A DNA stretch of 64,000 bases from positions 2,719-66,718 of the forward strand of contig CAJWDL010000004.1 of the NCBI GenBank assembly GCA_913030805.1, in the 5' to 3' direction. This stretch comes from an uncultured Candidatus Pelagibacter sp. GTDB taxonomy: Bacteria; Pseudomonadota; Alphaproteobacteria; Pelagibacterales; Pelagibacteraceae. Both the position numbers and the translations under genes were made by a program. The notes under the pieces are model-generated. The model saw only the letters and a list, made by a program, of their open reading frames with translations, searched no databases and was not told the DNA's origin. This document shows, piece after piece, positions 31,256 through 42,208 of this stretch (within the stretch, counting starts at the first letter, position 1; every line of letters begins with the position of its first letter).

Positions 31256-33141
31256 ATTTTGATTCTAGATTTGTAGTTTTTTATCGAAGGTTTTTTATAA
31301 TATTTTTTATTTCTATATTTTCCAAATAATTGTATCTTTCTACTTTTTAAATGTTTATTTAATAATTTCTGATTACTTTTAGGATAAAATTTATTATGAT
31401 TTAAGTTTTCATTAGGTTTTGCTTCATGTTCTAAGATCTTAATAATTTTTTTATTTTTATTTAATAGTTCAATTTTATATTCAGGAATTATTAACGAATT
31501 ATCACTAATAAAATTTATTTGTAGCTTATGTTTCTTTTTACAATATGAAAGCTCATCATCAAATTGTTCTTTGATAGTTTTGCTTACTTTTTCGGCAACT
31601 TTGATATTGACATTTTTGACTTTATTAGAAAGCGCTTGCTCTTCAGCTAATTTGAGTATTTTAGAAGAAAAAGAATCTAACGTTAGCACAATATTCCATT
31701 GCACCGAGCTTTCTCTTAATCTTTGTCTAGACATTTCTAATAGACCAAAATTACTTATTCTTTCAAATTGAATTCTTGCGCGATCATTTTTAAAATTATC
31801 TCTCAATCTTTTTTCAACCATTCTTCTATTATTAAAATTGAACATATCGATAAAATCTATAATTATTAGCCCAGCTAAATCTCTAACCTTAATTTGTCTT
31901 GCTATTTCATCTGCAGCCTCTAAGTTTGTTGCAAAGGCTGTTCTTTCTACATTAATTTCTTTTGTAGATTTTCCAGAATTAATATCGATAGAAACTAACG
32001 CCTCTGTTGGATTAATTACTATATATCCTCCAGATTTCAGTTTTAACATTGGTTCAAAAATTTGATTTAACTTTTTTTCAATTCCCTCCTTATGAAATAA
32101 AGGGATTTTCCCTCTATATTTTTTCACATGCTTGACATTCTTTGGCATAATTTGTTTCATAAAGTTTTTAGCTTTTTGATAACCTTCATTTCCTTCTATG
32201 ATTATATTTTTTATTTTTTCATTATAAATATCTCTGATTGTCCTCTTAATAATATCTCCTTCTTCAAGCACTAAAGCTGGAGCTAAAGAATTCATTGCCC
32301 TTTTTTTTACTTCTTCCCAAATTTTGATTAAATTTTCTAAATCAGAGTTTATTTCATTTTTAGTTTTGTTATTTCCAGCAGTTCTGACAATTAGACCCAT
32401 TTCTTTTGGAATTTTTATCTCATTGAGGATGCCTCTAATTTTTTTTCTATTAATTGGATTAAAAATTTTTCTAGAGATTCCACCACCTTTAGGCGTGTTA
32501 GGCATTAATATAGTGTACTTTCCAGCTAAAGAAATAAATGTGCTTAAAGCAGCACCCTTTTTTCCTCTTTCATCTTTTAAAACTTGAGCCAGTATAATTT
32601 GATTTGGCTTTATAACTTCTTGAATTTTGTATTTTTTTGAACCAAAGCTTTGTCTAGGTTTATCAAATTTTTTTTCTATATTTACGATTTCATTAACATT
32701 TCTATTAATTTCTTTTTTAACAGGATTCAATTCTTCGGCGTTAATTACATCAGTATTATTTAATCCATTTTTATCATTACGAAAATCTTCATTAAGTGTT
32801 GATGGAGAATTGTTTTCCTCGAGTTTTTTACTTTCCTCTTTTAACTTTTCTCTTAGTTCTTCTTCTTTTTGTTTTAGATCCCGGATATCTCCTTGCGGAA
32901 TTTGATAATAATCCGGCTGAATGTCATTGAACGCCAAAAAACCATGACGCTCTCTACCGATATCAACAAATGCTGCTTGTAAGGATGGTTCTACTCTACT
33001 AACTTTTCCTAAATAAATATTGCTTTTGACGAGTATATTTTTTTCGCTTTCATACTCATAATCTTCGATATTTTCTTCTGACTTAAGAACAACTCTAGTC
33101 TCACTTGGATGCGACGCGTCAATATATAAATTTCTTTCCAT
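31252..33141 (-). CDS. rne: Ribonuclease E/G family endoribonuclease (short RNase E-like, insertion in the S1 domain)
   Basis: The S1 motif [18 protein letters not shown] is followed by a charged insert of about 95 aa. The catalytic core carries [10 protein letters not shown] and [10 protein letters not shown]. The C-terminal tail is short and basic, in place of a long scaffold. Confidence 0.85.
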   Translation of the reverse strand: MERNLYIDASHPSETRVVLKSEENIEDYEYESEKNILVKSNIYLGKVSRVEPSLQAAFVDIGRERHGFLAFNDIQPDYYQIPQGDIRDLKQKEEELREKLKEESKKLEENNSPSTLNEDFRNDKNGLNNTDVINAEELNPVKKEINRNVNEIVNIEKKFDKPRQSFGSKKYKIQEVIKPNQIILAQVLKDERGKKGAALSTFISLAGKYTILMPNTPKGGGISRKIFNPINRKKIRGILNEIKIPKEMGLIVRTAGNNKTKNEINSDLENLIKIWEEVKKRAMNSLAPALVLEEGDIIKRTIRDIYNEKIKNIIIEGNEGYQKAKNFMKQIMPKNVKHVKKYRGKIPLFHKEGIEKKLNQIFEPMLKLKSGGYIVINPTEALVSIDINSGKSTKEINVERTAFATNLEAADEIARQIKVRDLAGLIIIDFIDMFNFNNRRMVEKRLRDNFKNDRARIQFERISNFGLLEMSRQRLRESSVQWNIVLTLDSFSSKILKLAEEQALSNKVKNVNIKVAEKVSKTIKEQFDDELSYCKKKHKLQINFISDNSLIIPEYKIELLNKNKKIIKILEHEAKPNENLNHNKFYPKSNQKLLNKHLKSRKIQLFGKYRNKKYYKKPSIKNYKSRIKI

Positions 33142-33305
33142 AATTTTATAAATATAATCTTGATCATTTTCTCATTTTTTTTGAATCTTGTCTTTTTGCT
33201 TTTCTATATAATATTTATTGAACAAATTCTATAACTTAGTATTAAAACCTCTAAATTAGTGCTTTTTTGCCTAAAGAATGTCAAACTTATTAAATTAAAT
33301 TTAGA

Positions 33306-35660
33306 ATGCCTGGGTTTATTAAAAAAATATCGATAGTTATTTTATCAGCGTTTTTCTTATTATTTGTGACGATATTTTTAATATTATGGGTTTTTTCAAA
33401 TGATTTACCTAATTATAAGTTTCTATTAAATTACGAACCACCGGTTTCAAGCAGAGTGCATGCCGGTGATGGCCAACTTATTGCCGAATTTGCTCTTCAA
33501 AAAAGATTATTTGTACCTTTTGAAGCGATTCCAAAAAATGTCATTAACTCTTTTCTTTCGGCAGAAGACAAAAATTTTTTTAAACATCCTGGCATTGATG
33601 CCAAAGGAGTTACAAGAGCCATAATTAATAATTTTAAGAACTATCTAAAATCTAAAAGATTGGAAGGTGCATCTACGATAACGCAACAAGTAGCAAAAAA
33701 TTTTTTACTTTCAAATGAAATAACTTTTAAGAGAAAGTTTAAAGAAGCAATCTTAGCATTCAGAATTGAAAGAGCTTTATCGAAAGAAAGAATAATGGAA
33801 TTATACTTAAATCAAATATATCTTGGACAGGGAGCATATGGTATAGCTGCTGCAAGTTTGGAGTATTTTGATAAGCCTATAAATAAATTAGAATATGAAG
33901 AAGCAGCATTATTAGCAGCACTTCCAAAGGCACCAAGTAGATATAATCCGTTTAAATTCAAAAATTTTGCTAAAAAAAGAAGAAATATAGTTTTAAAAAA
34001 TTTGTATAAAAATCAATATATTTCGATTGATCAATATAATGAACTACTAAAAAAAGATATCAATCTTAAACCCAGAAAGGTTAAACTTATAGAAGAAACA
34101 AATTATTATTCAGAAGAAATCAGAAGAATTTTAAACGATCAATATGGATATGACAAATTATACAAAGGAGGTCTTTCGATAAGAACCCCCTTAGATCCCT
34201 CATATCAAGTTCAAGCAGTAAAAGCTTTAAGGGAAGGTCTTGAACTTTATGATCGTAGACATGGATGGAGGGGAGTATTGGCAAATAGAAAAGATGATTT
34301 AAATTGGTTTAGTTCGGTATCAAATTTAAAACTCGAAGAAAGCCTTAATTGGAAAATTGCTAAAGTTATTAAAATGGAAAAATTTTTTGTTGATATTGAA
34401 ACCGAAGACAAAGAAATTGGAAAGATAAATTTTGAAACAATAAACTGGACCAAAAAAAACTTCAAAAAACTCTTTAAATTAGGCGATATAATTTATGTTA
34501 AGAAAATTAAAAAAAATAAATGGGAATTAAAGCAATTACCAAAAGTGAATGGTGCAATTATTGTAATGGATCCATTTACAGGAAGAATTTTATCATTAGT
34601 TGGAGGATTTAGCTATAATTTGAGCGAATTTAATAGAGCTACACAAGCGTTTAGACAACCAGGGTCAGCTTTTAAACCTTTTGTTTATGCGCTAGCTTTA
34701 GAAAACGGATATACTCCGTCTACTTTAATTTTAGACGCCCCCATGGTTATGAATCAGGGTATAGATTTAAAGTTATGGAAACCTGAAAATTATGGAAAAA
34801 AGTTTTACGGACCATCCACTTTAAGAGCTGGATTAGAAAAGTCTAGAAACTTAATGACAATAAGAGTAGCCTTGGATGTGGGTTTAAGTAAAATTATTAA
34901 TATGACGAAGAAGCTAAACATTTATAGCAATCCCGAAGAATTGTTTTCTATTTCTTTGGGTACGGCCGAAACCACATTATTAAAATTAACATCTGCTTAT
35001 AGTGCCTTTGTAAATGGAGGAAAAAAGATAATTCCCATTATGATTGATAGAATTCAAGATAGAAGGGGTAGAACAATTTACAATGCCGACAAAAGAAAAT
35101 GTATTAAATGTGAACAAATATCTTACTTAAGCGATCAAGTGCCTAAAATTGAAGATAATTTTGAACAGATAATCAGTCCCGAAACAGCATACCAAATGAT
35201 ATCTATGCTTGAGGGGGTAGTTCAGCGAGGAACAGGAAGAAAATTGAAACATTTAAATTTAAATTTAGCTGGAAAAACTGGAACAACAAATAATAATACT
35301 GATACATGGTTTATTGGATTTACTTCAAAACTTGTTGTTGGAATTTATGTTGGTTTTGATGAACCTGCTTCATTAGGGAGATACGAAACGGGGGGAAAAA
35401 CAGCTTTGCCAATTTTTAAAAAATTTATCCTCAATAGTATTTCCAAACAAGACGCAACGCCCTTTAAAGTTCCAGATGGTATAGTAATGATGGTTGTGGA
35501 CCCAGCAACAGGTCAAAAAGTTGGTTTTAATTCAAAAAATTCTATATACGAATCCTTTAAAGAAAAAAATATAAGTGAAGTTGATATTGAAAATAATTAT
35601 AATGATTTGATATTCAATAATTCAAAAGTGGGAACTAAAGAAATAATAAGATTTTACTAA
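33306..35660 (+). CDS. mrcA: Penicillin-binding protein 1A (bifunctional glycosyltransferase/transpeptidase)
   Basis: GT51 motifs EDKNFFKHPGID and GASTITQQ. Transpeptidase motifs SAFKP, SRN and KTGTT. Confidence 0.92.
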   Translation: MPGFIKKISIVILSAFFLLFVTIFLILWVFSNDLPNYKFLLNYEPPVSSRVHAGDGQLIAEFALQKRLFVPFEAIPKNVINSFLSAEDKNFFKHPGIDAKGVTRAIINNFKNYLKSKRLEGASTITQQVAKNFLLSNEITFKRKFKEAILAFRIERALSKERIMELYLNQIYLGQGAYGIAAASLEYFDKPINKLEYEEAALLAALPKAPSRYNPFKFKNFAKKRRNIVLKNLYKNQYISIDQYNELLKKDINLKPRKVKLIEETNYYSEEIRRILNDQYGYDKLYKGGLSIRTPLDPSYQVQAVKALREGLELYDRRHGWRGVLANRKDDLNWFSSVSNLKLEESLNWKIAKVIKMEKFFVDIETEDKEIGKINFETINWTKKNFKKLFKLGDIIYVKKIKKNKWELKQLPKVNGAIIVMDPFTGRILSLVGGFSYNLSEFNRATQAFRQPGSAFKPFVYALALENGYTPSTLILDAPMVMNQGIDLKLWKPENYGKKFYGPSTLRAGLEKSRNLMTIRVALDVGLSKIINMTKKLNIYSNPEELFSISLGTAETTLLKLTSAYSAFVNGGKKIIPIMIDRIQDRRGRTIYNADKRKCIKCEQISYLSDQVPKIEDNFEQIISPETAYQMISMLEGVVQRGTGRKLKHLNLNLAGKTGTTNNNTDTWFIGFTSKLVVGIYVGFDEPASLGRYETGGKTALPIFKKFILNSISKQDATPFKVPDGIVMMVVDPATGQKVGFNSKNSIYESFKEKNISEVDIENNYNDLIFNNSKVGTKEIIRFY

Positions 35661-35665
35661 AATTT

Positions 35666-36776
35666 ATGAGTGGCATCGATTTTAATCAAAATATTGAAAA
35701 AATTAAAAAAATTAACCTTAATATTAAGGGGTATCTTTGAGGCAAACAATATTAGGGAAAGAATACTACTTTTTGAAAAAAGATTCTTAGAAAAAAATTT
35801 TTGGAAAGATAAAAACACAGCTCAAAAAAATATCAAAGAAAAAAACTTCTTCGAGGATATTTTGAACAATTATATAAAATCACAAAAAGAAGTTGAAAAT
35901 TTGTTGGAGCTATATCGGTTAGCTTCTACAGAGAATAACAAAGATGTTATTGATGAGTGTGAAAAAAATTTAAGTTTATTGTTATCTGAAGCAAAACTAA
36001 CAGAAGCAAAATGTTTTTTATCTAATGAAAATGATAGCTTTGATAGCTATTTAGAAATTCACGCCGGAGCCGGAGGTACCGAAAGCCAAGACTGGGCAGC
36101 AATGCTTAGACGTATGTACATGAAATGGGCTGATAAAAAAAATTATAAATTGGAAATAATAAGTGAACATAGAGGAGACGAAGCAGGAATAAAATCAAGC
36201 ACTATCAAAATTTGTGGATCTTACGTCTATGGCTGGCTTAAATCTGAATCAGGAATACATAGATTGGTTAGGATTTCCCCTTTCGATTCTGGTGCGAGAA
36301 GACATACAAGTTTTGCTAGTGTTTGGGTTTATCCTATGCTGGATGATAGTATTAAAATTGATATTCAAGAAAAAGATTTAAGAATTGATACATATCGCTC
36401 CAGTGGTGCTGGCGGACAGCATGTAAACACAACGGATAGCGCAGTAAGAATTACTCATATTCCAACCAAAATAGTGGTGCAATGCCAGAACGAGAGATCT
36501 CAACACAAAAATAAAGAAACTTGTTTTAATATGCTAAAAGCTCGCCTATACGAACATGAATTAAAAAAAAAAGATGAGAACGTAAAGAGTTTAGAAGATA
36601 GTAAGACGGACATAGGTTGGGGCCACCAAATAAGATCTTATGTATTGCAGCCCTATCAATTGGTAAAAGATTTAAGAAATAATTATGAGAGCACAAATCC
36701 TGATAGTGTTTTAAATGGTAACATCGATGAGTTTCTTGAAAATTCTTTATTTAGATCAAAAGGAGAAAATAAGTAA
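35666..36776 (+). CDS. prfB: Peptide chain release factor 2, requiring a programmed +1 frameshift (35666..35737 joined to 35739..36776)
   Basis: Frame 0 reads MSGIDFNQNIEKIKKINLNIKGYL then TGA (35738-35740). The +1 frame continues EANNIRERILLFEK..SPF..GGQ. The track ORF (35670) is that +1 frame with an artificial N-terminus. Confidence 0.93.
35726..35741 (+). promoter_or_regulatory. prfB +1 ribosomal frameshift site (internal SD-like AAGGGG, then TAT CTT TGA G)
   Basis: The sequence aaggggtatctttgag is almost identical to the E. coli prfB site AGGGGGUAUCUUUGAC. Confidence 0.88.
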
Positions 36777-39017
36777 ATGATTAAGTGGACCATAAGAATA
36801 TTTTTTATACTAGCAGCTATTACAGTTTTTACCTTATTTTACATATCATTTTATGGGCTAGAAACAGATTATTTTAACCCAACTATTCAAAACAAGATTA
36901 AAACCATTAATTCCAACTTTGATTTAGAATTTCAAAAAACAAATATTTTACTAGATTTAAAAAAATTAGAATTAAAAGTTAAAGTTACAAAACCAAAAAT
37001 TAATTTTAATAATACATCAATCGATCTAAATAAATTAAATTTAAATATATCTATTAAATCCTTTTTAAAAAATGAATTTGCATTACAACGTGGAGAAGTT
37101 GGATTGGCGAAAACAGATATAAAGCAACTTATTGAATTAGCAAATCAAGTTAAAGCATCACCTTTTTTATTTCTCGCAAAAGAAATTTTTAATAAAGGGC
37201 AAATAGAAGGAAAATTAAAAGTTAATTTCGACTCTGCGGGTAAAATTAAAGATGATTACAAAATTATAGGTTCGATATTTAATTTTGATGCAAAAATACT
37301 TAAGAAATTTAATATAAACAAGGTTAATGCGAAATTTGAACTATTCAAAAATAATTATAGTTTTTACATAGTAAAAGGAAACATTAATGATATTGATTTA
37401 GCAAATAGTGAATTTGAGATTAATAAAGAAAATAAAAATTTAAATGTAAAAGCAAATTTAGTCTCAAGAGCAAATTTAAAAAATATTCAAAGTACTCTTG
37501 ATTTGTTTCAAATTAATCTTCTTAAAGACAAGGTAGATAAATCTGAAATTTCTTTTGATCTAAAAAGTTCACTAAGTTTTCAATTGGAAAAATATATAAA
37601 GATAAAAAATTTAAAAGTCGATGGAAATGGAAAGATTCATTTATTGAATATACAACACAAAATAGATACTTCAAAATTAAAAGAAATATTTACCAATTAT
37701 AATGATTCGTTTCAAATTGCAGATTCAGAAATTAAATTTTCGTTAGATAGTAATAAGCAGAACATTGAAATAAAAGGTTTAATTAATTTAACAAATGAAT
37801 ATGAAAAATTTAAATCAAAAATAATTTTTGATAAGAAAAAAAATAATACAGACTTTGATGTAAAAATAAATATTAATTCTTCAATTATTAGATTGCCAAA
37901 TCTTAACTATAAAAAAGAAGTCAATGATCAAACCAGTCTGAAATTTAAAGGAAATCGAAAAAAGAATGAAGGATATAATTTTGAAGTTGTTGAATTTAAA
38001 GAATCCAATAATTTGATTTTAATAAAAGATATAGAGTTCAATGAAAAAACTCAGGTGAATAATTTAAAAGAGCTAATTGTTCGAACCACTCATGACGACT
38101 TAGTAAATAATGATTTTAAACTGACGAAAAACAATAAAATAAAAATTCAAGGTGAAATATATGATGCAAGACCTTTGTTAATATCTCTTGAAAAGGAAGA
38201 TAAAAAAAGGACATTAAGTAGAAGATTTAATGGTGAATTGTTGGCTAACTTTAAAGAAGTAATTACTGATAAACAAATCAATTTATTTAAATTTTCAATG
38301 ATTTCAAATATTAAAAGAGGAAAACATGAAAAATTTACTGCCAAGGGGGAATTTTCTGAAAATAAATTTTTGGATATTTCAATGTTCCCGTCAGGTGATG
38401 GCAAAACAAAAGTATTTCAATTATATTCTGATAGAGCAGAGCCATTTATCAGTAGTTACAAATTTATAAAAGGATTTAAAGGTGGAATATTAACGTACGA
38501 ATCTATTTATGACGACCAAGGTTCAAATTCAAATTTAAAAATTTCAAATTTTAAAGTTTCAAAAGTTCCTGCCTTGACACAACTTCTTACACTAGCCTCC
38601 CTGCAGGGAATTGCAGATACCTTAACTGGAGAAGGCATTAGATTTAGCGAACTAGAAATGGACTTTAATTCAAAAAAAGCTGAAAAAAATGTAATTAATA
38701 TTGAGGAATTTTATGCAATTGGTCCAGCTATATCCTTATTAATGCAGGGGTATATAGTAAAAAAAGAATTGGTCAGTCTAAAAGGAACTTTGGTTCCCGC
38801 AAGAACAGTCAACAAGGTGATCGGCTGGATACCTGTGGTTGGGAAGATTTTAATTGGAAGCAAAGTTGGTGAGGGTGTTTTTGGAGTTAGTTTTAAAATG
38901 AAGGGTCCACCTAAAGATATTAAAACCACAGTGAATCCAATTAAAACTTTAACGCCGCGTTTTATTACAAGAACAATAGAAAAAATGAAAGATATAAAAA
39001 AAAAAGATGAGAATTAA
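36777..39017 (+). CDS. AsmA/YhdP-like envelope protein (N-terminal TM anchor, repetitive beta-rich body, conserved C-terminal segment)
   Basis: 746 aa with one N-terminal TM helix. The C-terminus reads GTLVPARTVNKVIGWIPVVGKILIG..GVFGVSFKMKGP, resembling the AsmA-like/DUF3971 C-terminal motif. The family call comes from pattern memory and has not been searched. Confidence 0.55.
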   Translation: MIKWTIRIFFILAAITVFTLFYISFYGLETDYFNPTIQNKIKTINSNFDLEFQKTNILLDLKKLELKVKVTKPKINFNNTSIDLNKLNLNISIKSFLKNEFALQRGEVGLAKTDIKQLIELANQVKASPFLFLAKEIFNKGQIEGKLKVNFDSAGKIKDDYKIIGSIFNFDAKILKKFNINKVNAKFELFKNNYSFYIVKGNINDIDLANSEFEINKENKNLNVKANLVSRANLKNIQSTLDLFQINLLKDKVDKSEISFDLKSSLSFQLEKYIKIKNLKVDGNGKIHLLNIQHKIDTSKLKEIFTNYNDSFQIADSEIKFSLDSNKQNIEIKGLINLTNEYEKFKSKIIFDKKKNNTDFDVKININSSIIRLPNLNYKKEVNDQTSLKFKGNRKKNEGYNFEVVEFKESNNLILIKDIEFNEKTQVNNLKELIVRTTHDDLVNNDFKLTKNNKIKIQGEIYDARPLLISLEKEDKKRTLSRRFNGELLANFKEVITDKQINLFKFSMISNIKRGKHEKFTAKGEFSENKFLDISMFPSGDGKTKVFQLYSDRAEPFISSYKFIKGFKGGILTYESIYDDQGSNSNLKISNFKVSKVPALTQLLTLASLQGIADTLTGEGIRFSELEMDFNSKKAEKNVINIEEFYAIGPAISLLMQGYIVKKELVSLKGTLVPARTVNKVIGWIPVVGKILIGSKVGEGVFGVSFKMKGPPKDIKTTVNPIKTLTPRFITRTIEKMKDIKKKDEN

Positions 39018-39021
39018 TAAT

Positions 39022-40281
39022 TCAAATAATTTTAACTATCACATGGTGCTTTTTGCCGTGTGAAAGTTTGAGGAAATTTTCTTGACTGAAATTATTTAAC
39101 GAGATACTGAATTTATCGCTTTCAATAGTTTCGTTGTTAACTTTTATCCCTTTATTTTTAATCATTCTTCTAACCTCGCTTCTAGAATTTGATAAATTAG
39201 CAGATGTTACAAGTTCAATTATATTTATACCATTAATTACTTGTTTTTTTTTAAGAACTAACGTTGGCAAATCAATTCCAACAGATTTTTTTTCGAAAGT
39301 ATTCTTAGCTGTTTGTTTAGCTTTCACGGCAGCAGTTTTGCCGTGTAACATCGAAGTGGCTTCATTTGCTAATATTATTTTTAATTGATTAATATTTTCA
39401 TTTTTTGTTTCTTTTATTTTCTCTAGTGACAAATCTGTGAACATTTGAAGAAACCTTAGTACATCCCTGTCATCAGTATTTCTCCAAAATTGCCAGTAAT
39501 CATATGCAGACAAAAGTTTTTTATCCAGCCATACAGCTCCTTTTTCAGATTTACCCATTTTCGAGCCCGAAGCCAAGGTGATGAGAGGAGTTGTTAATCC
39601 AAAGACTTGTTTGTTAGAATATCTTTTAATTAGTTCTACCCCATTAACAATATTTCCCCATTGATCCGATCCCCCAATTTGCATTAAACAATTTTTGTTT
39701 TTATTAAGCTCAAGAAAATCATAAGCTTGTAAAATCATATAATTGAATTCCATATAACTTAATGACTGTTCTCTTTCTAATCGCATTTTAACACTATCAA
39801 AACTTAACATCTTATTAATGGTGAAATGTTTTCCTATTTCTCTTAAGAATTTTATGTAATTTAATTTTTCAAGCCATTTGTAATTATTAACAAATATTGG
39901 CTTTGTTTTTTTATTTTTTGTTTTTAAAAAAATTTTAAAAACTTTTTCGATATTTTTTATATTTTTTTCGATTACTTTTTCAGATAAAATTTTTCTTGTC
40001 ACCTCTTTACCCGAAGGATCACCTATACGTGTTGTGCCTCCACCTAATAGAACAATTGGCTGATGTCCGTATTTTTGTAATAGTCTTAAACACATTATTT
40101 GTAATAAACTTCCAACATGTAAACTTGAAGAAGTACAATCAAATCCAATGTATGCTCTAATTTTATTTTTATTCATCAATTGTTCTAATTCGTCAGAATT
40201 AGTGCATTGATTAAAATAATTTCTTCTTTTAAATTCAGATAAGAATGAATTTTCCATATTTTTTTTAAAAACCGTGTACAA
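39022..40281 (-). CDS. tyrS: Tyrosyl-tRNA synthetase
   Basis: The HIGH-type motif LHVGSL, the KMSKS-type motif KMGKS, and a C-terminal S4-like domain. The start may be the internal Met at 40257. Confidence 0.95.
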   Translation of the reverse strand: MYTVFKKNMENSFLSEFKRRNYFNQCTNSDELEQLMNKNKIRAYIGFDCTSSSLHVGSLLQIMCLRLLQKYGHQPIVLLGGGTTRIGDPSGKEVTRKILSEKVIEKNIKNIEKVFKIFLKTKNKKTKPIFVNNYKWLEKLNYIKFLREIGKHFTINKMLSFDSVKMRLEREQSLSYMEFNYMILQAYDFLELNKNKNCLMQIGGSDQWGNIVNGVELIKRYSNKQVFGLTTPLITLASGSKMGKSEKGAVWLDKKLLSAYDYWQFWRNTDDRDVLRFLQMFTDLSLEKIKETKNENINQLKIILANEATSMLHGKTAAVKAKQTAKNTFEKKSVGIDLPTLVLKKKQVINGINIIELVTSANLSNSRSEVRRMIKNKGIKVNNETIESDKFSISLNNFSQENFLKLSHGKKHHVIVKII

Positions 40282-40317
40282 TCAATATACTTGATTTGAA
40301 TTGATTAAAAAATATAT

Positions 40318-41439
40318 ATGAGTAAAAGCTATTACAGCCTAGGTTTAATGAGCGGAACATCAATGGATGGTGTCGACGCATCAATTATACAATCAGATGG
40401 AAAGTCTAAATATAAAACAATTTTAGACAAATATTTTGAATATCCTAAGGATATTTTTAAAGATTTAACTACACTTAGAGATAAAATAAAAAGCTCAAAG
40501 GATCTAAAAAGATTTGGGAAACAAACAAAATCTATAGAAAGAGAAATAACCTTATTTCACGCTAAAGTTGCTAGCAAAATTATAAAAAAATCAAAATTAA
40601 ATGTTGATTTTATAGGTTTTCACGGACAAACCATTTTTCATAATGCTGAAGAACAAATTTCTAGGCAATTAGGAGATGGAAAACTTCTTTCAAAACTTAC
40701 AAAAAAAAGAATTATATATAATTTTAGACAAAACGATTTGAAGAATGGTGGGCAAGGCGCTCCTCTAACTCCAATTTTTCATTCAATTTTGGTAAAACAA
40801 AAAAAAATTTCATTGCCAGTAGTTATTTTGAATATAGGTGGCATAGCAAATTACACTTTTATTGATGAAAAAGGTGTCAGCTCAAGTTCAGATCTTGGAC
40901 CCGGTAATTGTCTTATTGATCAATGGGTAAGACTTAATTCAAAAAAAAAGTATGATGAAAATGGCAGAATAGCAAAGTCGGGAAAAATTAAAAAAATAAT
41001 TATAAATAAAGCTTTAAAAAATTTTGAAAAAAAAAAATTGACCAAGTCATCTTTTGACGTGAAGGATTTTGATATATCTTTTGTTCGAGGATTATCATTA
41101 GAAGATGGAGCGGCAACATTAACCGAATATACATCAGAGGTTTTATATAAATATTTAATAGATCCTGAAGGTGGGATATGGGAAAATGCCATAATAGCGG
41201 GTGGTGGAAGAAAAAATAAATTTTTAATAAAAAGTATTGAAGACAAAATTAAATCTTTAGGAACATTAAAGTTTCCATTGAAATTAATTGATGATTATAG
41301 AGTTGACGGAGATTTTGTTGAGTCCCAAGCTTTTGCATATCTTGCCATTAGATCTTATCTAAATTTACCTATTTCCTTTCCTGAAACTACAGGAGTACGT
41401 AAACCTTGCACCGGAGGAATAATAATTAAAAATTTTTAA
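40318..41439 (+). CDS. anmK: Anhydro-N-acetylmuramic acid kinase
   Basis: GLMSGTSMDGVDA N-terminal motif and the NIGGIAN block. Divergent from tyrS, as in many alphaproteobacteria. Confidence 0.9.
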   Translation: MSKSYYSLGLMSGTSMDGVDASIIQSDGKSKYKTILDKYFEYPKDIFKDLTTLRDKIKSSKDLKRFGKQTKSIEREITLFHAKVASKIIKKSKLNVDFIGFHGQTIFHNAEEQISRQLGDGKLLSKLTKKRIIYNFRQNDLKNGGQGAPLTPIFHSILVKQKKISLPVVILNIGGIANYTFIDEKGVSSSSDLGPGNCLIDQWVRLNSKKKYDENGRIAKSGKIKKIIINKALKNFEKKKLTKSSFDVKDFDISFVRGLSLEDGAATLTEYTSEVLYKYLIDPEGGIWENAIIAGGGRKNKFLIKSIEDKIKSLGTLKFPLKLIDDYRVDGDFVESQAFAYLAIRSYLNLPISFPETTGVRKPCTGGIIIKNF

Positions 41440-42092
41440 TATAAAGCAGATTCTTTTTTAATATATTTATCTAATACAAGAGATAATTCTTTTTCTTTTT
41501 TTGAAAAAAAGTGATTAGCTCCCTCTATTTCCTGAAAATTTACTTTGACCCCAGTTTGGATAGACAATCTTTTATTTAATGAATTAAAATTATCTAAAGG
41601 AACCAATTCATCGCTTTTTCCATATACCATTAGTCCAGATGCAGGACAGGGTGATAAAAATGAAAAATCATAAATGTTAGGTTGAGGAGATACAGCAATA
41701 AATCGATTTATTTCTGGTCTCCTCATTAATAACTGCATTGCAATCAACGAACCAAAAGAAAATCCGGATATCCAACATTGTGAATGGTCCATATTTACTT
41801 TCTCAATCCAATCCAAAGCTGCTGCGGCATCAGATAATTCTCCTTGTCCGTTATCAAATTTTCCATCACTTTTGTTAACCCCTCTAAAATTAATTCGAAA
41901 AACAGAAAATTCATTTTTTAAAAAAGTTTTAAAAATTTCAAAAACAATTTTGTTATTCATGGTTCCCCCATACTGTGGATGCGGATGTAATACTAAAGCA
42001 ACAGGCGCAGTTTTTTTGCTATTTTTGAAATATTTTGCTTCTATCCTGCCAGCTGGTCCTGGAATAAATAATTCGCTTACTTTATTAACCAT
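41436..42092 (-). CDS. Alpha/beta hydrolase (COG2945-like)
   Basis: 218 aa. Has HPHPQYGGTMNNK, the nucleophile elbow GFSFG, and a C-terminal GANHFF. Confidence 0.75.
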   Translation of the reverse strand: MVNKVSELFIPGPAGRIEAKYFKNSKKTAPVALVLHPHPQYGGTMNNKIVFEIFKTFLKNEFSVFRINFRGVNKSDGKFDNGQGELSDAAAALDWIEKVNMDHSQCWISGFSFGSLIAMQLLMRRPEINRFIAVSPQPNIYDFSFLSPCPASGLMVYGKSDELVPLDNFNSLNKRLSIQTGVKVNFQEIEGANHFFSKKEKELSLVLDKYIKKESALY

Positions 42093-42176
42093 AGCAATAT
42101 TGATTATTATTAACTAAAAAAAACTAGGTTTTATAACATGTTAGTGAAATTTTTGAGTAATTTTTTTTTAAAATCT

Positions 42177-42208
42177 AAAGTTGACTAATTTACTCAGGAT
42201 ACTATAAA
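42177..42208 (+). promoter_or_regulatory. Candidate sigma70 promoter overlapped by an IscR/Rrf2 type-1-like operator upstream of the rrf2-suf operon
   Basis: TTGACT (42181-42186), a 16-nt spacer, then TATAAA (42203-42208). AAAGTTGACTAATTTACTCAGGATA (42177-42201) matches 20 of 25 positions of the E. coli IscR type-1 consensus ATASYYGACTRWWWYAGTCRRSTAT, as I recall that consensus. Confidence 0.42.
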
